Of a stretch of DNA of 64,000 nt, positions 35,741 through 46,342 are shown one piece after another. Under the pieces are notes generated by a model. The model ran no database searches, was not told where the DNA came from, and worked only from the letters and a program-made list of their open reading frames with translations. The DNA comes from Pseudomonadota bacterium. GTDB taxonomy: Bacteria; Pseudomonadota; Alphaproteobacteria; Rhodobacterales; Rhodobacteraceae. Each line of letters begins with the position of its first letter. Within the stretch, counting starts at the first letter, position 1. The stretch covers positions 6,331 to 70,330 of the forward strand of contig JBCCDU010000006.1 of assembly GCA_039030715.1 (NCBI GenBank), read 5' to 3'. The position numbers and the translations under genes are program-made.

Positions 35741-37482
35741 ATAAAATCCTCCCACATCGCGGCATTGACGGGCTGCATGGCGCCAGTATCCCGGCCGAAC
35801 GCATCGTGATCGCCGCGATCTGGATACATGCACCGGTGTTTCTGGTGATTTGCTGGGCGATCGGTCGCGATCTGCTGAGTGTGGGGATGATCGCTGCGGG
35901 CCTGTCGGTGTTGACCGGTATCCTCGCCGAAGTCGATTGGCGCCTTTCGCCGAAGCGTGCCCGGATCACAATCGCCCTCGCCGCCATCACACAACCTGCG
36001 ATCCTCACCGGGCTGTTCAGCGGCCATCCGTGGCAGGTCGAGATGCATATGTACTTCTTCGCGGTGATGGCAGCACTGTCGGTGCTGAACGATATCCGCG
36101 CGGTGATGGCTGCGACCGCGTTGGTCGCACTCCATCATCTCAGCCTAAACTACATCATGCCCTCCCTCGTCTATCCCGGTGGAACAGACCTGGGACGCAC
36201 GCTGGTTCACGCGGTGATCCTGGTTTTCGAAGCCGCAGCGCTTTGTTACATGATAAACGATCGCCAGAGGCAAACGGCCCTCGCGGCAGGGGCAGAGAGC
36301 AAGGCGCGCGCCGCCGCCAGCGAGGCGCAAGAAGCCAAAGTTCGCATTCTCCAGGCCGAGGAAGACACCCTGGCGGAGCGCCAGCGAACCATGGCCCTGA
36401 TGACCGAAGCCTTTGGCGACGTGGTTGAGGGTGCCGTGGCAGGCGACCTGGGCAGACGCATCGATCACGACTTCGAAGACCCAGAGATGGCCGCGCTGGC
36501 AGGCGGCGTAAACCGGCTTTTGGACGGTATTTGCGATGCGATTGGCGAAACTCAGCGTGTCTTGAAGGGATTCGCCCAGGGCGACCTCTCGATGCGGGTC
36601 GAAGGCGATTTTCAGGGCAGCTTCGCCTCGCTGCAAGCCGACGCAAACGCCATGGGCAAAAAGCTGCAAGATCTGGTGAGCCAGATTGGCGATGCCGCCG
36701 AGAGGGTTCGCGCATCCGCAACGACGATCACCGATGGATCTCGCAGTCTGTCGCAACGCACGGATGAGCAAGCCAGCGCGCTGCAGCAGACCTCAGCAAC
36801 CATGACGCAGATGGCGCGCTCGGTTCACGCCAATGCAGACAACACCCGAAGTGCCGACCGCCTATCGCAGGATGTAGCAGAAAGCGCAAAGAAAGGTGGA
36901 GAGGTCGCGGAGCGCGCGATCCAGGCGGTACAGCACGCCGCAGACAGTGCCAGCAAAATCTCGGACGTGACCGCGCTTGTGGATGGGATTGCTTTCCAGA
37001 CCAATCTCCTGGCCCTCAACGCGGCGGTAGAGGCCGCACGCGCCGGCAGCGCCGGTCAGGGTTTCGCCGTGGTCGCGCAGGAAGTTCGCACGCTGGCCCA
37101 ACGGGCCGGAAACGCGGCGGGAGAAATCCGCGAGCTGATCGGGCAAAGCACCGCTGAGGTTTCGGAGAGCGTGGATCTGATCACCTCGACCGGCGCCACC
37201 CTGTCGGATGTGGACGAGGGGATCCGCCGGATGACCCTGGCGATTGGCGAGATCGCCGCATCGGGCCGCGATCAGGCAGCCGGGGTCGACGAGATCGAGG
37301 GTACGCTGAAGGCGCTCGACACGCAGACCCAGCAGAACGCGGCGCTGGCCTCTGACAGCACGACCACCGCAGCAGACCTGATCGAACAGGCCGAAGCGCT
37401 GAGTGCCCTGGTGGACTTCTTCCGGACCGGCGATGAAAGCCTGAACGGACAAATTACTGCCGGGCAGACCCGGGCGGCGTAG
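35731..37482 (+). CDS. Methyl-accepting chemotaxis protein with integral-membrane sensor domain and HAMP-like linker
   Basis: [39 protein letters not shown] signalling hairpin; 5-6 N-terminal TM segments. Start set at 35731 after SD GGGAG. Confidence 0.93.
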   Translation: MHLNKILPHRGIDGLHGASIPAERIVIAAIWIHAPVFLVICWAIGRDLLSVGMIAAGLSVLTGILAEVDWRLSPKRARITIALAAITQPAILTGLFSGHPWQVEMHMYFFAVMAALSVLNDIRAVMAATALVALHHLSLNYIMPSLVYPGGTDLGRTLVHAVILVFEAAALCYMINDRQRQTALAAGAESKARAAASEAQEAKVRILQAEEDTLAERQRTMALMTEAFGDVVEGAVAGDLGRRIDHDFEDPEMAALAGGVNRLLDGICDAIGETQRVLKGFAQGDLSMRVEGDFQGSFASLQADANAMGKKLQDLVSQIGDAAERVRASATTITDGSRSLSQRTDEQASALQQTSATMTQMARSVHANADNTRSADRLSQDVAESAKKGGEVAERAIQAVQHAADSASKISDVTALVDGIAFQTNLLALNAAVEAARAGSAGQGFAVVAQEVRTLAQRAGNAAGEIRELIGQSTAEVSESVDLITSTGATLSDVDEGIRRMTLAIGEIAASGRDQAAGVDEIEGTLKALDTQTQQNAALASDSTTTAADLIEQAEALSALVDFFRTGDESLNGQITAGQTRAA

Positions 37483-37570
37483 CTCGACCCACTCAGCCGC
37501 TTTCTTTACATCCCTCCGCCGCTGGCCTTAGGTTTCGCAAAACGCCGAATATCGCCGCGGGGGGCGACCG

Positions 37571-39721
37571 ATGACCAGCGAGACCGAGACTTCAGCCGCA
37601 CCCGCGACAGCATCGGCGACAGGACAAAGCCCCCTTGGCGGGCTTCTGACCATCGCAGGCCGGGATATGACGCTACCCGCCATGATCCTGGCTGGGCTTA
37701 CCGTCTCGATCCTGCTGGTTCTGGTCGCGGGCGGCACGCAGCCCTTCCCCGAAAGCGTCACCCAGGCTTTTCCGATGGTGGAATGGGTCAACCAGGCCGA
37801 GAAATGGCTGCAAGAGCATCTGCGCTGGTTCACCCGAGCCGTCAGCGAGGGGGTCGGTTGGGCTCTCGATGGGTTGGAGGAGACGCTGCTCTCTCTGCCC
37901 TGGCCCGTGGTGATGTTGGGCCTGACACTGCCCGCTCTCGCCTATGGCGGATTACGGCTGGGTTTGATCACGGTGTTCGGGGTCTGGTTCTGGGCCGCGG
38001 TCGATATGTGGGACGTGGCCATGTCAACGCTGAGCCTGATGAGCGTATCGGTCCTGCTCTGCGTCGCAATCGGGCTCGTCCTGGGCGTGATATGCTCGCA
38101 ATCCGATCGGTTCGAAGCCGCCTTGCGCCCTGCCCTTGACGCCATGCAGGTGATGCCCGCTTTCGTCTATCTGGTACCGGCGATCTTCTTCTTCGGTATC
38201 GGCGGACCTTCGGCCGCGATGGCGATCCTGATCTATGCCCTGCCGCCGATCATCCGGCTCACCAATCTGGGCATCCGCCAAGTGCCACCGGGCATGGTCG
38301 AGGCCGCGCGCTCCTTCGGTACGTCGCCGACGCAGATGCTGATCAAGGTGCAGATCCCGCAGGCGATGCCCTCGATCATGCTGGGTGTAAACCAGACCAT
38401 CATGATGGCACTGGCGCTGGCGGTTCTGGCGACCTTCATCGGGGCCGAGGGCCTGGGCGCCGAGGTCTGGCGCGCAATCAGCCGCCTTCGCGTCGGCCAA
38501 TCTTTCGAGGGTGGGCTTTGCATCGTCTTCATGGCGATCATCTTTGATCGGCTCAGCTATGCGATGAGCAAGACGCGCAGCCCGTTCCCGCCGGATCAAT
38601 TGGAGTTTCGCCTACTGCCGCAAAGCTGGGACGAGAACCCGGTCGCCAGGGCAGTCGAGAGCATCGTGGATAAAATATGGCGCGCGGTTGGGCGCGTCGG
38701 CATGGCACTGACCCGCGCGATTGCTTCGGTCGCAGGCTCGCCTGGTGGGCGCAGCGCCCCGGCCCACGCCTGGTGCCTGCGCCATCCATTCCTAATCTGC
38801 GGGGCGGTCCTGATCGTGGCGACCCTGTTCGTCGATACCGCGATCGTGCCGATCGGGGATTATCCGCGCGATTGGGAAATCTCAATCCGCAAGCCGATCG
38901 ATCAGGCAATCGATGCGCTCACCGTCTATCCGCCATTCATCGCAATCACACAGGCGATCCGCACCGGTGTCTATCTCTATCTGTTGAACCCGCTCGACAA
39001 ATTCCTGATCGGTCTGCCCTGGTGGTATGTAATTGGCGTTCTCGCGCTGGTGATCTGGCGCTTGGTCGGGTGGCGCTTTGCCCTGGTGGCGGTGGCCTGC
39101 CTGTTCTTCGTCGGCGCGGCGGGCCTGTGGGAGATCACGATGTATACCCTCGCGGGCACCGCTGTGTCGGTGGTGATCTGCATGATCCTGGGTATCCCGC
39201 TGGGCGTTTTTGCAGCTTATTCCAAGACCTGGGACGCAATTCAGCGGCCCATCCTGGATACGATGCAGGTGATGCCCGCCTTCGTCTACCTCATCCCCGC
39301 GCTCTTCTTCTTTGGCGGCAACCCGACGACCGCGATCATCGCCACCGTGATCTACGCCCTGCCGCCGATGATCCGGATGACGACATTGGGCCTGAGCCAG
39401 GTGCCAACCGAGATCGAGGAAGTGTCGCGATCCTTTGGCGCGTCCTCGATACAGACCCTGATCAAGGCCAAACTGCCGTTGGCTACGCCCTCGATCATGC
39501 TGGGCGTCAATCAAACCGTCGTGATGGCCCTGGCCATGCAGGCGGTGACCCCCCTGGTCGCCGGTCTGGGCCTGGGCAAGGAAGTCTACGACGCAATGAA
39601 CACCCTGAACACCGGCCAGGGCCTGATGGCGGGCATCGGCATCGCGATCCTGGCCATCGTACTGGACCAGTTGACCCAGGCCTGGACTAAGACGCAGCGC
39701 GCCGCGCTCGGCCTGGCCTGA
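37571..39721 (+). CDS. proW: ProW-type ABC permease with two fused permease units
   Basis: Two copies of LD.MQVMPAFVYL.PA.FFFG...EE/EA.RSFG.S..Q.L.K..P.A.PSIMLGVNQT. Confidence 0.9.
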   Translation: MTSETETSAAPATASATGQSPLGGLLTIAGRDMTLPAMILAGLTVSILLVLVAGGTQPFPESVTQAFPMVEWVNQAEKWLQEHLRWFTRAVSEGVGWALDGLEETLLSLPWPVVMLGLTLPALAYGGLRLGLITVFGVWFWAAVDMWDVAMSTLSLMSVSVLLCVAIGLVLGVICSQSDRFEAALRPALDAMQVMPAFVYLVPAIFFFGIGGPSAAMAILIYALPPIIRLTNLGIRQVPPGMVEAARSFGTSPTQMLIKVQIPQAMPSIMLGVNQTIMMALALAVLATFIGAEGLGAEVWRAISRLRVGQSFEGGLCIVFMAIIFDRLSYAMSKTRSPFPPDQLEFRLLPQSWDENPVARAVESIVDKIWRAVGRVGMALTRAIASVAGSPGGRSAPAHAWCLRHPFLICGAVLIVATLFVDTAIVPIGDYPRDWEISIRKPIDQAIDALTVYPPFIAITQAIRTGVYLYLLNPLDKFLIGLPWWYVIGVLALVIWRLVGWRFALVAVACLFFVGAAGLWEITMYTLAGTAVSVVICMILGIPLGVFAAYSKTWDAIQRPILDTMQVMPAFVYLIPALFFFGGNPTTAIIATVIYALPPMIRMTTLGLSQVPTEIEEVSRSFGASSIQTLIKAKLPLATPSIMLGVNQTVVMALAMQAVTPLVAGLGLGKEVYDAMNTLNTGQGLMAGIGIAILAIVLDQLTQAWTKTQRAALGLA

Positions 39722-39829
39722 GGGGTTCGATCTCGACACCTCGCCTGTTGCGCGCTAGCGTTCCCGACAGATGCGCCGAGACGCGCACAGCACCACCGCC
39801 CAACGGGCGCAAGCACAGGGAGCTTACTT

Positions 39830-40756
39830 ATGAAACTCACCGCATTTCTGGCTGCGGCCTCAGGTCTGGCCATCGCCGCGCAGGCGCAAGCCGAGACGCT
39901 CAAGGTCCCGGTTCCGGACTGGACCGGCGGCGCCGTGACCTGCGAAATGATCCACTACATCCTGGAAAACGAGATGGGGTACAAGGTCAAACGGATCACC
40001 ATTCCTGCAGGCACCGCGCTGGATGAGGGGATGCGCGCAGGCGACCTGGATTTCGGCTGCGAGCGTTGGCCCTCCTATGACCCGGTCAAGGAAAAGTTCG
40101 TCAAGGAATATGGCGGCGACGGTTCGATCGTCTACTATGCCCCAACCGGGGTCGTAGGCGCCTCGGGCTATTATGTGCCGCGCTACCTGGTCGAGGGCGA
40201 CGGCGCCAAAGCTCCGGATCTGAAGGCGGTCACCGACCTGCCGAAATATGCCGAGATGTTCACAACGCTGGAATCCGATGGCAAGGGCCGCCTGCTGGGC
40301 TGCCCGGTGGCCGCCTGGGCCTGCGAGGATGCAGCCCGTTTGGAGGGGCTGAATGTGGACTTTGCCGTGACAGAGCTCGGTTCGGAAACCGCTCATTGGG
40401 CAGAAATCGAAGCCGCCTACAAGCGCGGCGAGCCATTCGTCGCCTACGCTTGGGAGCCACACTGGATCCATGCGACCCTCGACTTGGTCGAGCTGGAACT
40501 GCCAGCATATTCGGACGAAGCATGGCCGGTCAGCGATTGGGGTGATGATCATACCCAGCATTACGGCCCCAAGGAGCTGGCTGAACGGCACCCCGACATC
40601 GTGGAATTGTTCAGCAAGTTTCGCATCTCTAACAGCGAACAGGCCAAGATGATCCTGGCCGTCGACAAGGGCGGCGAGGATGTCGACGATGTAGTCGAGG
40701 CCTGGATGGAGGCCAACAAGGACACCTGGAAAGCCTGGGTGCCCCAGACCAATTGA
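39830..40756 (+). CDS. proX: ProX/OpuAC-family substrate-binding protein
   Basis: Signal peptide; DW..., ERWPS, YYVPRY and YAWEPHW motifs. The actual substrate is not determined. Confidence 0.85.
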   Translation: MKLTAFLAAASGLAIAAQAQAETLKVPVPDWTGGAVTCEMIHYILENEMGYKVKRITIPAGTALDEGMRAGDLDFGCERWPSYDPVKEKFVKEYGGDGSIVYYAPTGVVGASGYYVPRYLVEGDGAKAPDLKAVTDLPKYAEMFTTLESDGKGRLLGCPVAAWACEDAARLEGLNVDFAVTELGSETAHWAEIEAAYKRGEPFVAYAWEPHWIHATLDLVELELPAYSDEAWPVSDWGDDHTQHYGPKELAERHPDIVELFSKFRISNSEQAKMILAVDKGGEDVDDVVEAWMEANKDTWKAWVPQTN

Positions 40757-40780
40757 TCCCTGACAGATCGTTGAAACAAC

Positions 40781-40817
40781 GCGCCGCCCCGGGATACGCC
40801 CCGTGGGCGGCGCTTCT
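40781..40817 (+). terminator. Probable intrinsic terminator after proX
   Basis: GCGCCGCCC...GGGCGGCGC 9-bp stem followed by TTCT. Confidence 0.5.
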
Positions 40818-40904
40818 GGTTCAGGCCCCGCACCGCATCGCGCAAGACGGACGGGTGCTGCCAGCGGCCTTGCGGGCTCCCCGAAACTCCGCCACAACTC
40901 CGCC

Positions 40905-41432
40905 ATGCCGGATGCACATGAAATTCATCAGTTCCTGCCCATCCAAACCGGCTGGCAGCCAGGCATTGTGGGCTGGTCGATCGCGCACCACGCGCACTAC
41001 TACGCCCATAACTGGGGGTTTGGCAGCAGCTTCGAGGCGAAACTGGCGCGCGAGATGGGCTCATTCCTGGCTCGGCTGGATCAGCCCGGCAATCACTTGT
41101 TCTGGCTTGCCGATGCAGAGGGCCCAATCGGAACCATCGCCATCGATGGGGACGGGATCGAGGACGGCAAGGCGCATCTGCGCTGGTTCATCCTCGACGA
41201 CAGGGCGCGCGGCCAGGGTCTGGGCCGACGACTGCTGGATGCGGCCGTACGGGCCGCGCATGGCGATGGCGCGACGGGGATCTTCCTCTGGACCTTCGAG
41301 GGGCTCGACCCGGCGCGGCGGCTTTACGAAAGCGCAGGCTTCCAGCTGATCGACTCGCGACGCGCCCGGACCTGGGGCCGCGAAATGACCGAACAGCGCT
41401 TTGAACTGTCGTTTCGTGAGGGCATTCAGTGA
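40905..41432 (+). CDS. GNAT family N-acetyltransferase
   Basis: LRWFILDDRARGQGLGRRLL and ARRLYESAGF. Start set at 40905. Confidence 0.88.
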   Translation: MPDAHEIHQFLPIQTGWQPGIVGWSIAHHAHYYAHNWGFGSSFEAKLAREMGSFLARLDQPGNHLFWLADAEGPIGTIAIDGDGIEDGKAHLRWFILDDRARGQGLGRRLLDAAVRAAHGDGATGIFLWTFEGLDPARRLYESAGFQLIDSRRARTWGREMTEQRFELSFREGIQ

Positions 41433-42322
41433 CCGATGCCTATTCCGATTTCTCTCTGCGTCCTTGGGACAGCGCCGCCTGGGATCCCTCGCCCGAAGCG
41501 GAGGCCGTGCCCACGATGCTCAGCGACGAGGAGGGCCGGCTCCTGACCTGGCTCGGGGGGCACTGGGCGCGGGGCGCGGGCGCGGCCTGCGACCTGGGGT
41601 GCTTCGCGGGCGGCTCCACCGCGAGGCTCGCCGATGGGCTGGTGCGCGGCGGGATCGACGCCAGCGTGCACGCGTTCGACTTCTTCACCATCTCGCCGGA
41701 GCACAAACAGAAATTTCTCCATGATCGGGGCGTGCGCCGCTTTTGGGGCACCAATCTGCTGCCCTGCGCGAAACGGCTGCTGAAACCCTGGCGCGGTCGC
41801 GTCACCCTCCATCGCGAGGATCTGGCGAAAACCCGATGGACGGCTGGCCCCATCGAGATCCTGTTCATCGACGCCATGAAAACGCCCGAGACCGCCGACG
41901 CGATCCTGCGCAACTTCGTGCCCGCGCTGGTTCCCGGACGCTCGATCATCGTGCATCAGGACTATCAGCACTGGCGCCAGCCCTGGATCGCAGCCCAGAT
42001 GGTGTTGCTGCGCCCGCATCTGCGCCCGGTTGCCTGGTGTGCGCAGAATACCACAGTCTTCGCGGTCGACAGCCTGCCCGATGCCGCTGGCCTGGCCGCC
42101 GCCGCCACCGATGGAATGACCGACGCGCGGATGACGGAATTGCTGCATCAGGCGCTGTGGGCCGCCCCAGCAGGTCCCCCGCGCCGGATGATCGCCCAAT
42201 CGATTCTGGGGTTGGAAGATGCCCCTGGCTGCCGCGTCCCCTTTCGTTTCGATCGCAGCGGCTTCACGCCAAAACGGATCCGTCGCCTGTTGGCCACCCT
42301 CGACTCTGGAGAAGTTGAATGA
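41429..42322 (+). CDS. Putative class I SAM-dependent methyltransferase-fold protein
   Basis: CDLGCFAGGST motif I and IEILFIDAMKT; GTG start overlapping the GNAT stop. Confidence 0.65.
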   Translation: MTDAYSDFSLRPWDSAAWDPSPEAEAVPTMLSDEEGRLLTWLGGHWARGAGAACDLGCFAGGSTARLADGLVRGGIDASVHAFDFFTISPEHKQKFLHDRGVRRFWGTNLLPCAKRLLKPWRGRVTLHREDLAKTRWTAGPIEILFIDAMKTPETADAILRNFVPALVPGRSIIVHQDYQHWRQPWIAAQMVLLRPHLRPVAWCAQNTTVFAVDSLPDAAGLAAAATDGMTDARMTELLHQALWAAPAGPPRRMIAQSILGLEDAPGCRVPFRFDRSGFTPKRIRRLLATLDSGEVE

Positions 42323-42930
42323 GCTACACGATCATGGGCTTCCCGCGCACCCGCGCCATTCGTGTGATGTGGCTGCTGGAGGAGCTTGGCCAAAGCTATG
42401 ATATCGATCCCGCGATGCCCGCCAGCGACGAGGCCAAGGCGGTGAACCCGACCGGCAAGGTGCCAGCGCTGATCGACAATGGCCATGTCATTCCCGACAG
42501 CGTGGCGATATGCACCTATCTGGCCGACAAGCACGGTGGGTGCACCCATCCTGCAGGCACTGTCGAGCGTGCATTGCAGGACAGCTTCACCCAGTTCTGC
42601 GTCGACGAAGTGGAAGGCGCGCTCTGGACCCATGCCAAGCACACCTTCGTTTTGCCCGAGGAGTTGCGGGTCGAAGCGCCGAAGCAAACCGCAGCCAAGG
42701 AATTCGCCCGGGCAATGGACCGGCTGGAGGCCCGTCTGGGCGACGGACCTTTCGTCACCGGCGAAACGTTCACCGTACCCGATCTGTTGCTGGCACATTG
42801 CAGCAGTTGGGCGCGGATGCTGCCGCAATGGCCGATCGAATCGGAACGGCTGAACAGCTATTTCAAGTCGCTGATCAAACGGCCAGCCTATATTCGCACA
42901 CAGGAGAGGGCTGCGAAATACACCGCCTGA
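42319..42930 (+). CDS. Glutathione S-transferase
   Basis: RAIRVMWLLEELG, NPTGKVPAL, DSVAICTYL and GETFTVPD. Confidence 0.92.
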   Translation: MSYTIMGFPRTRAIRVMWLLEELGQSYDIDPAMPASDEAKAVNPTGKVPALIDNGHVIPDSVAICTYLADKHGGCTHPAGTVERALQDSFTQFCVDEVEGALWTHAKHTFVLPEELRVEAPKQTAAKEFARAMDRLEARLGDGPFVTGETFTVPDLLLAHCSSWARMLPQWPIESERLNSYFKSLIKRPAYIRTQERAAKYTA

Positions 42931-42936
42931 GGCGTC

Positions 42937-43383
42937 TTAACCCGCCTTGGCCACGAAGCGTTTCAGCGCTGCCAGGGTGGTTTCGCTGATATGGTGCTCG
43001 ATCCCCTCGGCATCGCTTTCGGCAGTTTCGGAGTCGACGCCCAGGGCCAGCAGGAAGTCTCGCACCACACCGTGGCGGGTGCGGGCCATTTCGGCCATCT
43101 CGCGCCCCGCATCGGTCAGAAAGATCGAGCGGTATTTCTCCTTGCGCACCAGCCCCTCGCGAATGAGGCGGTTCAGCGTGGTGTTGACCGTGGCATTGGT
43201 GACGCCCATCCGTTCGGCCACGTCGACCGAGCGCGCCTCGCCCGACACATCGATCAGATCGGCGATCAGTTCGACATAATCCTCCGCCACCTCGCGTTGA
43301 TGCGCCTCGCGCACTGTCTCGAAGCTGCGCGCCTGACGGGTGGCCTCGCGCAAGCTGGTGGGTGTGTCGTTGGGTTTAGGCAT
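42937..43383 (-). CDS. mntR: Manganese-binding DtxR/MntR-family regulator
   Basis: EDYVELIADL, RSVDVAERMGVTNATV, LTDAG, RHGVV.FL and DAEGIEHHIS. Confidence 0.93.
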   Translation of the reverse strand: MPKPNDTPTSLREATRQARSFETVREAHQREVAEDYVELIADLIDVSGEARSVDVAERMGVTNATVNTTLNRLIREGLVRKEKYRSIFLTDAGREMAEMARTRHGVVRDFLLALGVDSETAESDAEGIEHHISETTLAALKRFVAKAG

Positions 43384-43407
43384 AGGACCACCATAAGCGT
43401 GTATTTT

Positions 43408-43423
43408 TTTAGGTCAACCTAAA
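43408..43423. promoter_or_regulatory. DtxR/MntR-type operator
   Basis: Perfect palindrome TTTAGGT-CA-ACCTAAA between divergent mntR and the transporter; TTGACA follows at 43436-41. Confidence 0.75.
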
Positions 43424-43471
43424 TTTTTTAGATCATTGACAGAGTATAAGTCTCGCCCTAACTGCTGATTT

Positions 43472-44431
43472 ATGAGAACAGTCATTTTTGCCGCTGCGCT
43501 AGGAAGTCTAGCCAATCTGTCCGCCCAAGCCGAACCACGGCTGATTGCGACCGTGGGCATGATCGCCGAGCCCGCGAGGGTCATCGCCGGTACCTGCGCC
43601 AGTGTAGACACGATGATGGGTCCAGGCATCGACCCTCACCTTTATCAACCGAGCGCCGGCGATGTGCGCAGCCTATTTGACGCCGATGCGATCCTCTACG
43701 CCGGACATAATCTGGAGGGCCAACTTGGCGAGGTGCTGGCGCGGCTGGACGGGCGCAAACCGGTTCTCGCAGTTTCGGAGGCCGCGGCCCCGGTGGAAAA
43801 CCTGATCCTGCCGGAAGGCGCCAGCTATCCGGACCCGCATCTCTGGATGGACGCCGCGCTTTGGTCCCGCATAGCCTCGCCGATTGCCACGCTGATGGCT
43901 ACACTGGACCCAGACTGCAGCACGGAGGCGAAAAACGCCGCGGAGGATTATGTCACCGAACTGATGGCGTTGGATGCGTGGATCGAAGCGTCGATCGCGA
44001 CGATACCACAGACCCAGCGCGTGATGGTTACAGCCCATGACGCGTTCGCCTATTACGGTCGCGCTTACGGGATCGAGGTGATCGGCATCCAGGGCGTCTC
44101 GACCGAAAGCGAGGCGGGGATCGCCGATATCCGCCAGATGGTCGATCTGGTGGTGGATCGTCAGATCCCTGCCGTCTTTATCGAGAGCACGATCAACCCG
44201 CGCACGGTCGAGGCCGTAATCGCCGCAGCGGCGGAGCGTGGCCATCAGGTCACCCTGGGGGGAGAGCTGTTTTCGGACGCTATGGGTGCCGAAGGCACGG
44301 TCGAAGGCACCTATATCGGCATGTTGCACGCCAACACCGTCGCAGTCATCATGGCCCTGGGCGGCACCCCCGCACCGTTGCCGGCGGCGCTGCACCCATG
44401 GGCCGAACGATGGGGCCTTTCACCCCAATGA
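43472..44431 (+). CDS. Mn/Zn ABC transporter substrate-binding protein (TroA/MntA family)
   Basis: [22 protein letters not shown] and FIEST; LFSDA metal ligands. Confidence 0.93.
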   Translation: MRTVIFAAALGSLANLSAQAEPRLIATVGMIAEPARVIAGTCASVDTMMGPGIDPHLYQPSAGDVRSLFDADAILYAGHNLEGQLGEVLARLDGRKPVLAVSEAAAPVENLILPEGASYPDPHLWMDAALWSRIASPIATLMATLDPDCSTEAKNAAEDYVTELMALDAWIEASIATIPQTQRVMVTAHDAFAYYGRAYGIEVIGIQGVSTESEAGIADIRQMVDLVVDRQIPAVFIESTINPRTVEAVIAAAAERGHQVTLGGELFSDAMGAEGTVEGTYIGMLHANTVAVIMALGGTPAPLPAALHPWAERWGLSPQ

Positions 44432-45198
44432 CCGCCCACCTTCACGAACCGGACCTGGCGCTGCATGTGGAGGATCTAACAGTCAGTTATGCCGGGCAAC
44501 CCGCGCTCTGGGACATCGATGTGGATGTGCCTCCCGGGGTTATGTGCGCCGTTGTGGGGCCGAACGGGGCGGGAAAGTCCACGCTGCTGAAAGCTGTGCT
44601 GGAATTGACGCCCCCGACGGCGGGCCACGTCATGCTTTCGGGTCGCCCCTATCGCCAGATGCGCAAGCGCGTGGCCTACGTCCCCCAGCGCAGCTCGGTC
44701 GATTGGGACTTTCCAACCACGGCTTTGGATGTGGTTATGATGGGGCGCTATGGCCATCTTGGCTGGTTCCGCCGCCCGGGCCGTGACGTACGCGACCGCG
44801 CCATGGCAGCACTCGCCGAAGTCGGGCTGGAGACGCTCTACAATCGCCAGATCAGCCAGCTTTCCGGCGGCCAGCAGCAGCGCGTGTTTCTAGCGCGGGC
44901 GCTTGTGCAGGAGGCCGATACCTATTTCCTCGATGAACCCATGGCGGGTGTGGATGCCACGACCGAGCGCGTCATCATCGCCCTGCTGCAACGCCTGCGC
45001 AGTCAGGGCAAAACAGTCATTGTCGTCCATCACGACCTGGCGACGGTGCGGGAGTACTATGACTGGCTGGTTCTGCTGAATGTGCGGGTGATCGCGCAAG
45101 GTCCGGTGGGCGAGGTAATGACCCCCGACAATCTGCGCGCCGCCTATGGCGGGCAGATCGCGCTGATCGAGGCGGCAGCACAGCCCGTTACGGCCTGA
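44428..45198 (+). CDS. Mn/Zn ABC transporter ATP-binding protein
   Basis: [32 protein letters not shown] and VHHDL. Start set at 44428. Confidence 0.93.
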   Translation: MTAHLHEPDLALHVEDLTVSYAGQPALWDIDVDVPPGVMCAVVGPNGAGKSTLLKAVLELTPPTAGHVMLSGRPYRQMRKRVAYVPQRSSVDWDFPTTALDVVMMGRYGHLGWFRRPGRDVRDRAMAALAEVGLETLYNRQISQLSGGQQQRVFLARALVQEADTYFLDEPMAGVDATTERVIIALLQRLRSQGKTVIVVHHDLATVREYYDWLVLLNVRVIAQGPVGEVMTPDNLRAAYGGQIALIEAAAQPVTA

Positions 45199-45199
45199 G

Positions 45200-46342
45200 A
45201 TGGGCCTGCTGGCCGACCTTTTGGGCGACTACACCCTGCGCAATGTCGCGATCGGGGCTGCTATCCTGGGCGCTGTCTCAGGCGCGCTCGGTTGTTTTGC
45301 CCTGCTGCGGAGGCAGAGTCTTCTGGGCGACACACTCAGCCACGCGGCCTTGCCCGGAATCTGCCTTGGGTTTCTGATTGCGGGCAGTCGCTCGCTGGGA
45401 CCGATCCTGGTGGGTGCATTGATCTCCGGAGCGCTGGCCGGGCTGGCAGTGATCTTTCTGATCCGCATGACCCGGCTGAAAACCGATGCAGCGCTGGGCA
45501 TCGCGCTGTCGCTGTTCTTTGCCGGCGGGATCGTTCTGCTGACGCTGATCCAGCGCCAGGCCGGGGCGGCGCAGGCGGGGCTAGAAAGTTTCCTCTTCGG
45601 CCAGGCTGCGGCAATCCTGCCTCGCGACCTCTGGGTCATGGGGGCGATCGCCGCCGTGGCCCTGGGGGCCGTCGCGCTCTGTTGGAAGGAATTCAAACTG
45701 GCGAGTTTCGATCCGGTCTTTGCCCAGACCCTGGGCCTGCCGGTCGCGGTGCTGGAAGCTGCGTTGACGGTGCTGGTTGCGCTGGCCGTGGTGATCGGCT
45801 TGCAGATGGTCGGCGTGGTTCTTATGGCCGCGATGGTGATCGCACCCGCAGCCGCCGCGCGGCAATGGGTGGGGAGATTGGGGCATATGGTGCTGCTCGC
45901 GGCCTTGTTCGGTATATTGGCCGGGGTTGGCGGGGCGGGGATCTCCGCCTTGCAACCGGGGCTCGCCACCGGGCCGCTGATCGTGCTGATCGCGGCGGGG
46001 CTGGTGGCGGTCTCGATCCTTTTCGCGCCAGGACGCGGCGTGCTTTGGGAGATGGCCGCGCGCGCACGCGAGCGGGCCGATCTGCAGGGCCGGCAGATCC
46101 TCGCCACCTTCCGCGATCTGGCGCGCGACCATGGCGACCCCGCCTATCCGGTCGAGCGCGGTATGCTGGACACATATCATGGCGCCAAAACCTCGCGCGA
46201 GTTGGACAAGCTGGCGGCGGAGGGTCTGATCGCCCCCGCCTCGCATATGCCGATGGAGGGCGAGCACTGGGTCCTGACCGAAAAGGGTCTGCGCGAGACC
46301 GAGGATCTGGCTATGCCCAAAAGTTTTCCGAGCCATGTTTGA
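45200..46342 (+). CDS. Mn/Zn ABC permease with C-terminal winged-helix-like extension
   Basis: SLLGDTLSHAALPG ABC-3 motif; ~95-aa soluble tail with LAAEGLI...WVLTEKG. Confidence 0.9.
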   Translation: MGLLADLLGDYTLRNVAIGAAILGAVSGALGCFALLRRQSLLGDTLSHAALPGICLGFLIAGSRSLGPILVGALISGALAGLAVIFLIRMTRLKTDAALGIALSLFFAGGIVLLTLIQRQAGAAQAGLESFLFGQAAAILPRDLWVMGAIAAVALGAVALCWKEFKLASFDPVFAQTLGLPVAVLEAALTVLVALAVVIGLQMVGVVLMAAMVIAPAAAARQWVGRLGHMVLLAALFGILAGVGGAGISALQPGLATGPLIVLIAAGLVAVSILFAPGRGVLWEMAARARERADLQGRQILATFRDLARDHGDPAYPVERGMLDTYHGAKTSRELDKLAAEGLIAPASHMPMEGEHWVLTEKGLRETEDLAMPKSFPSHV

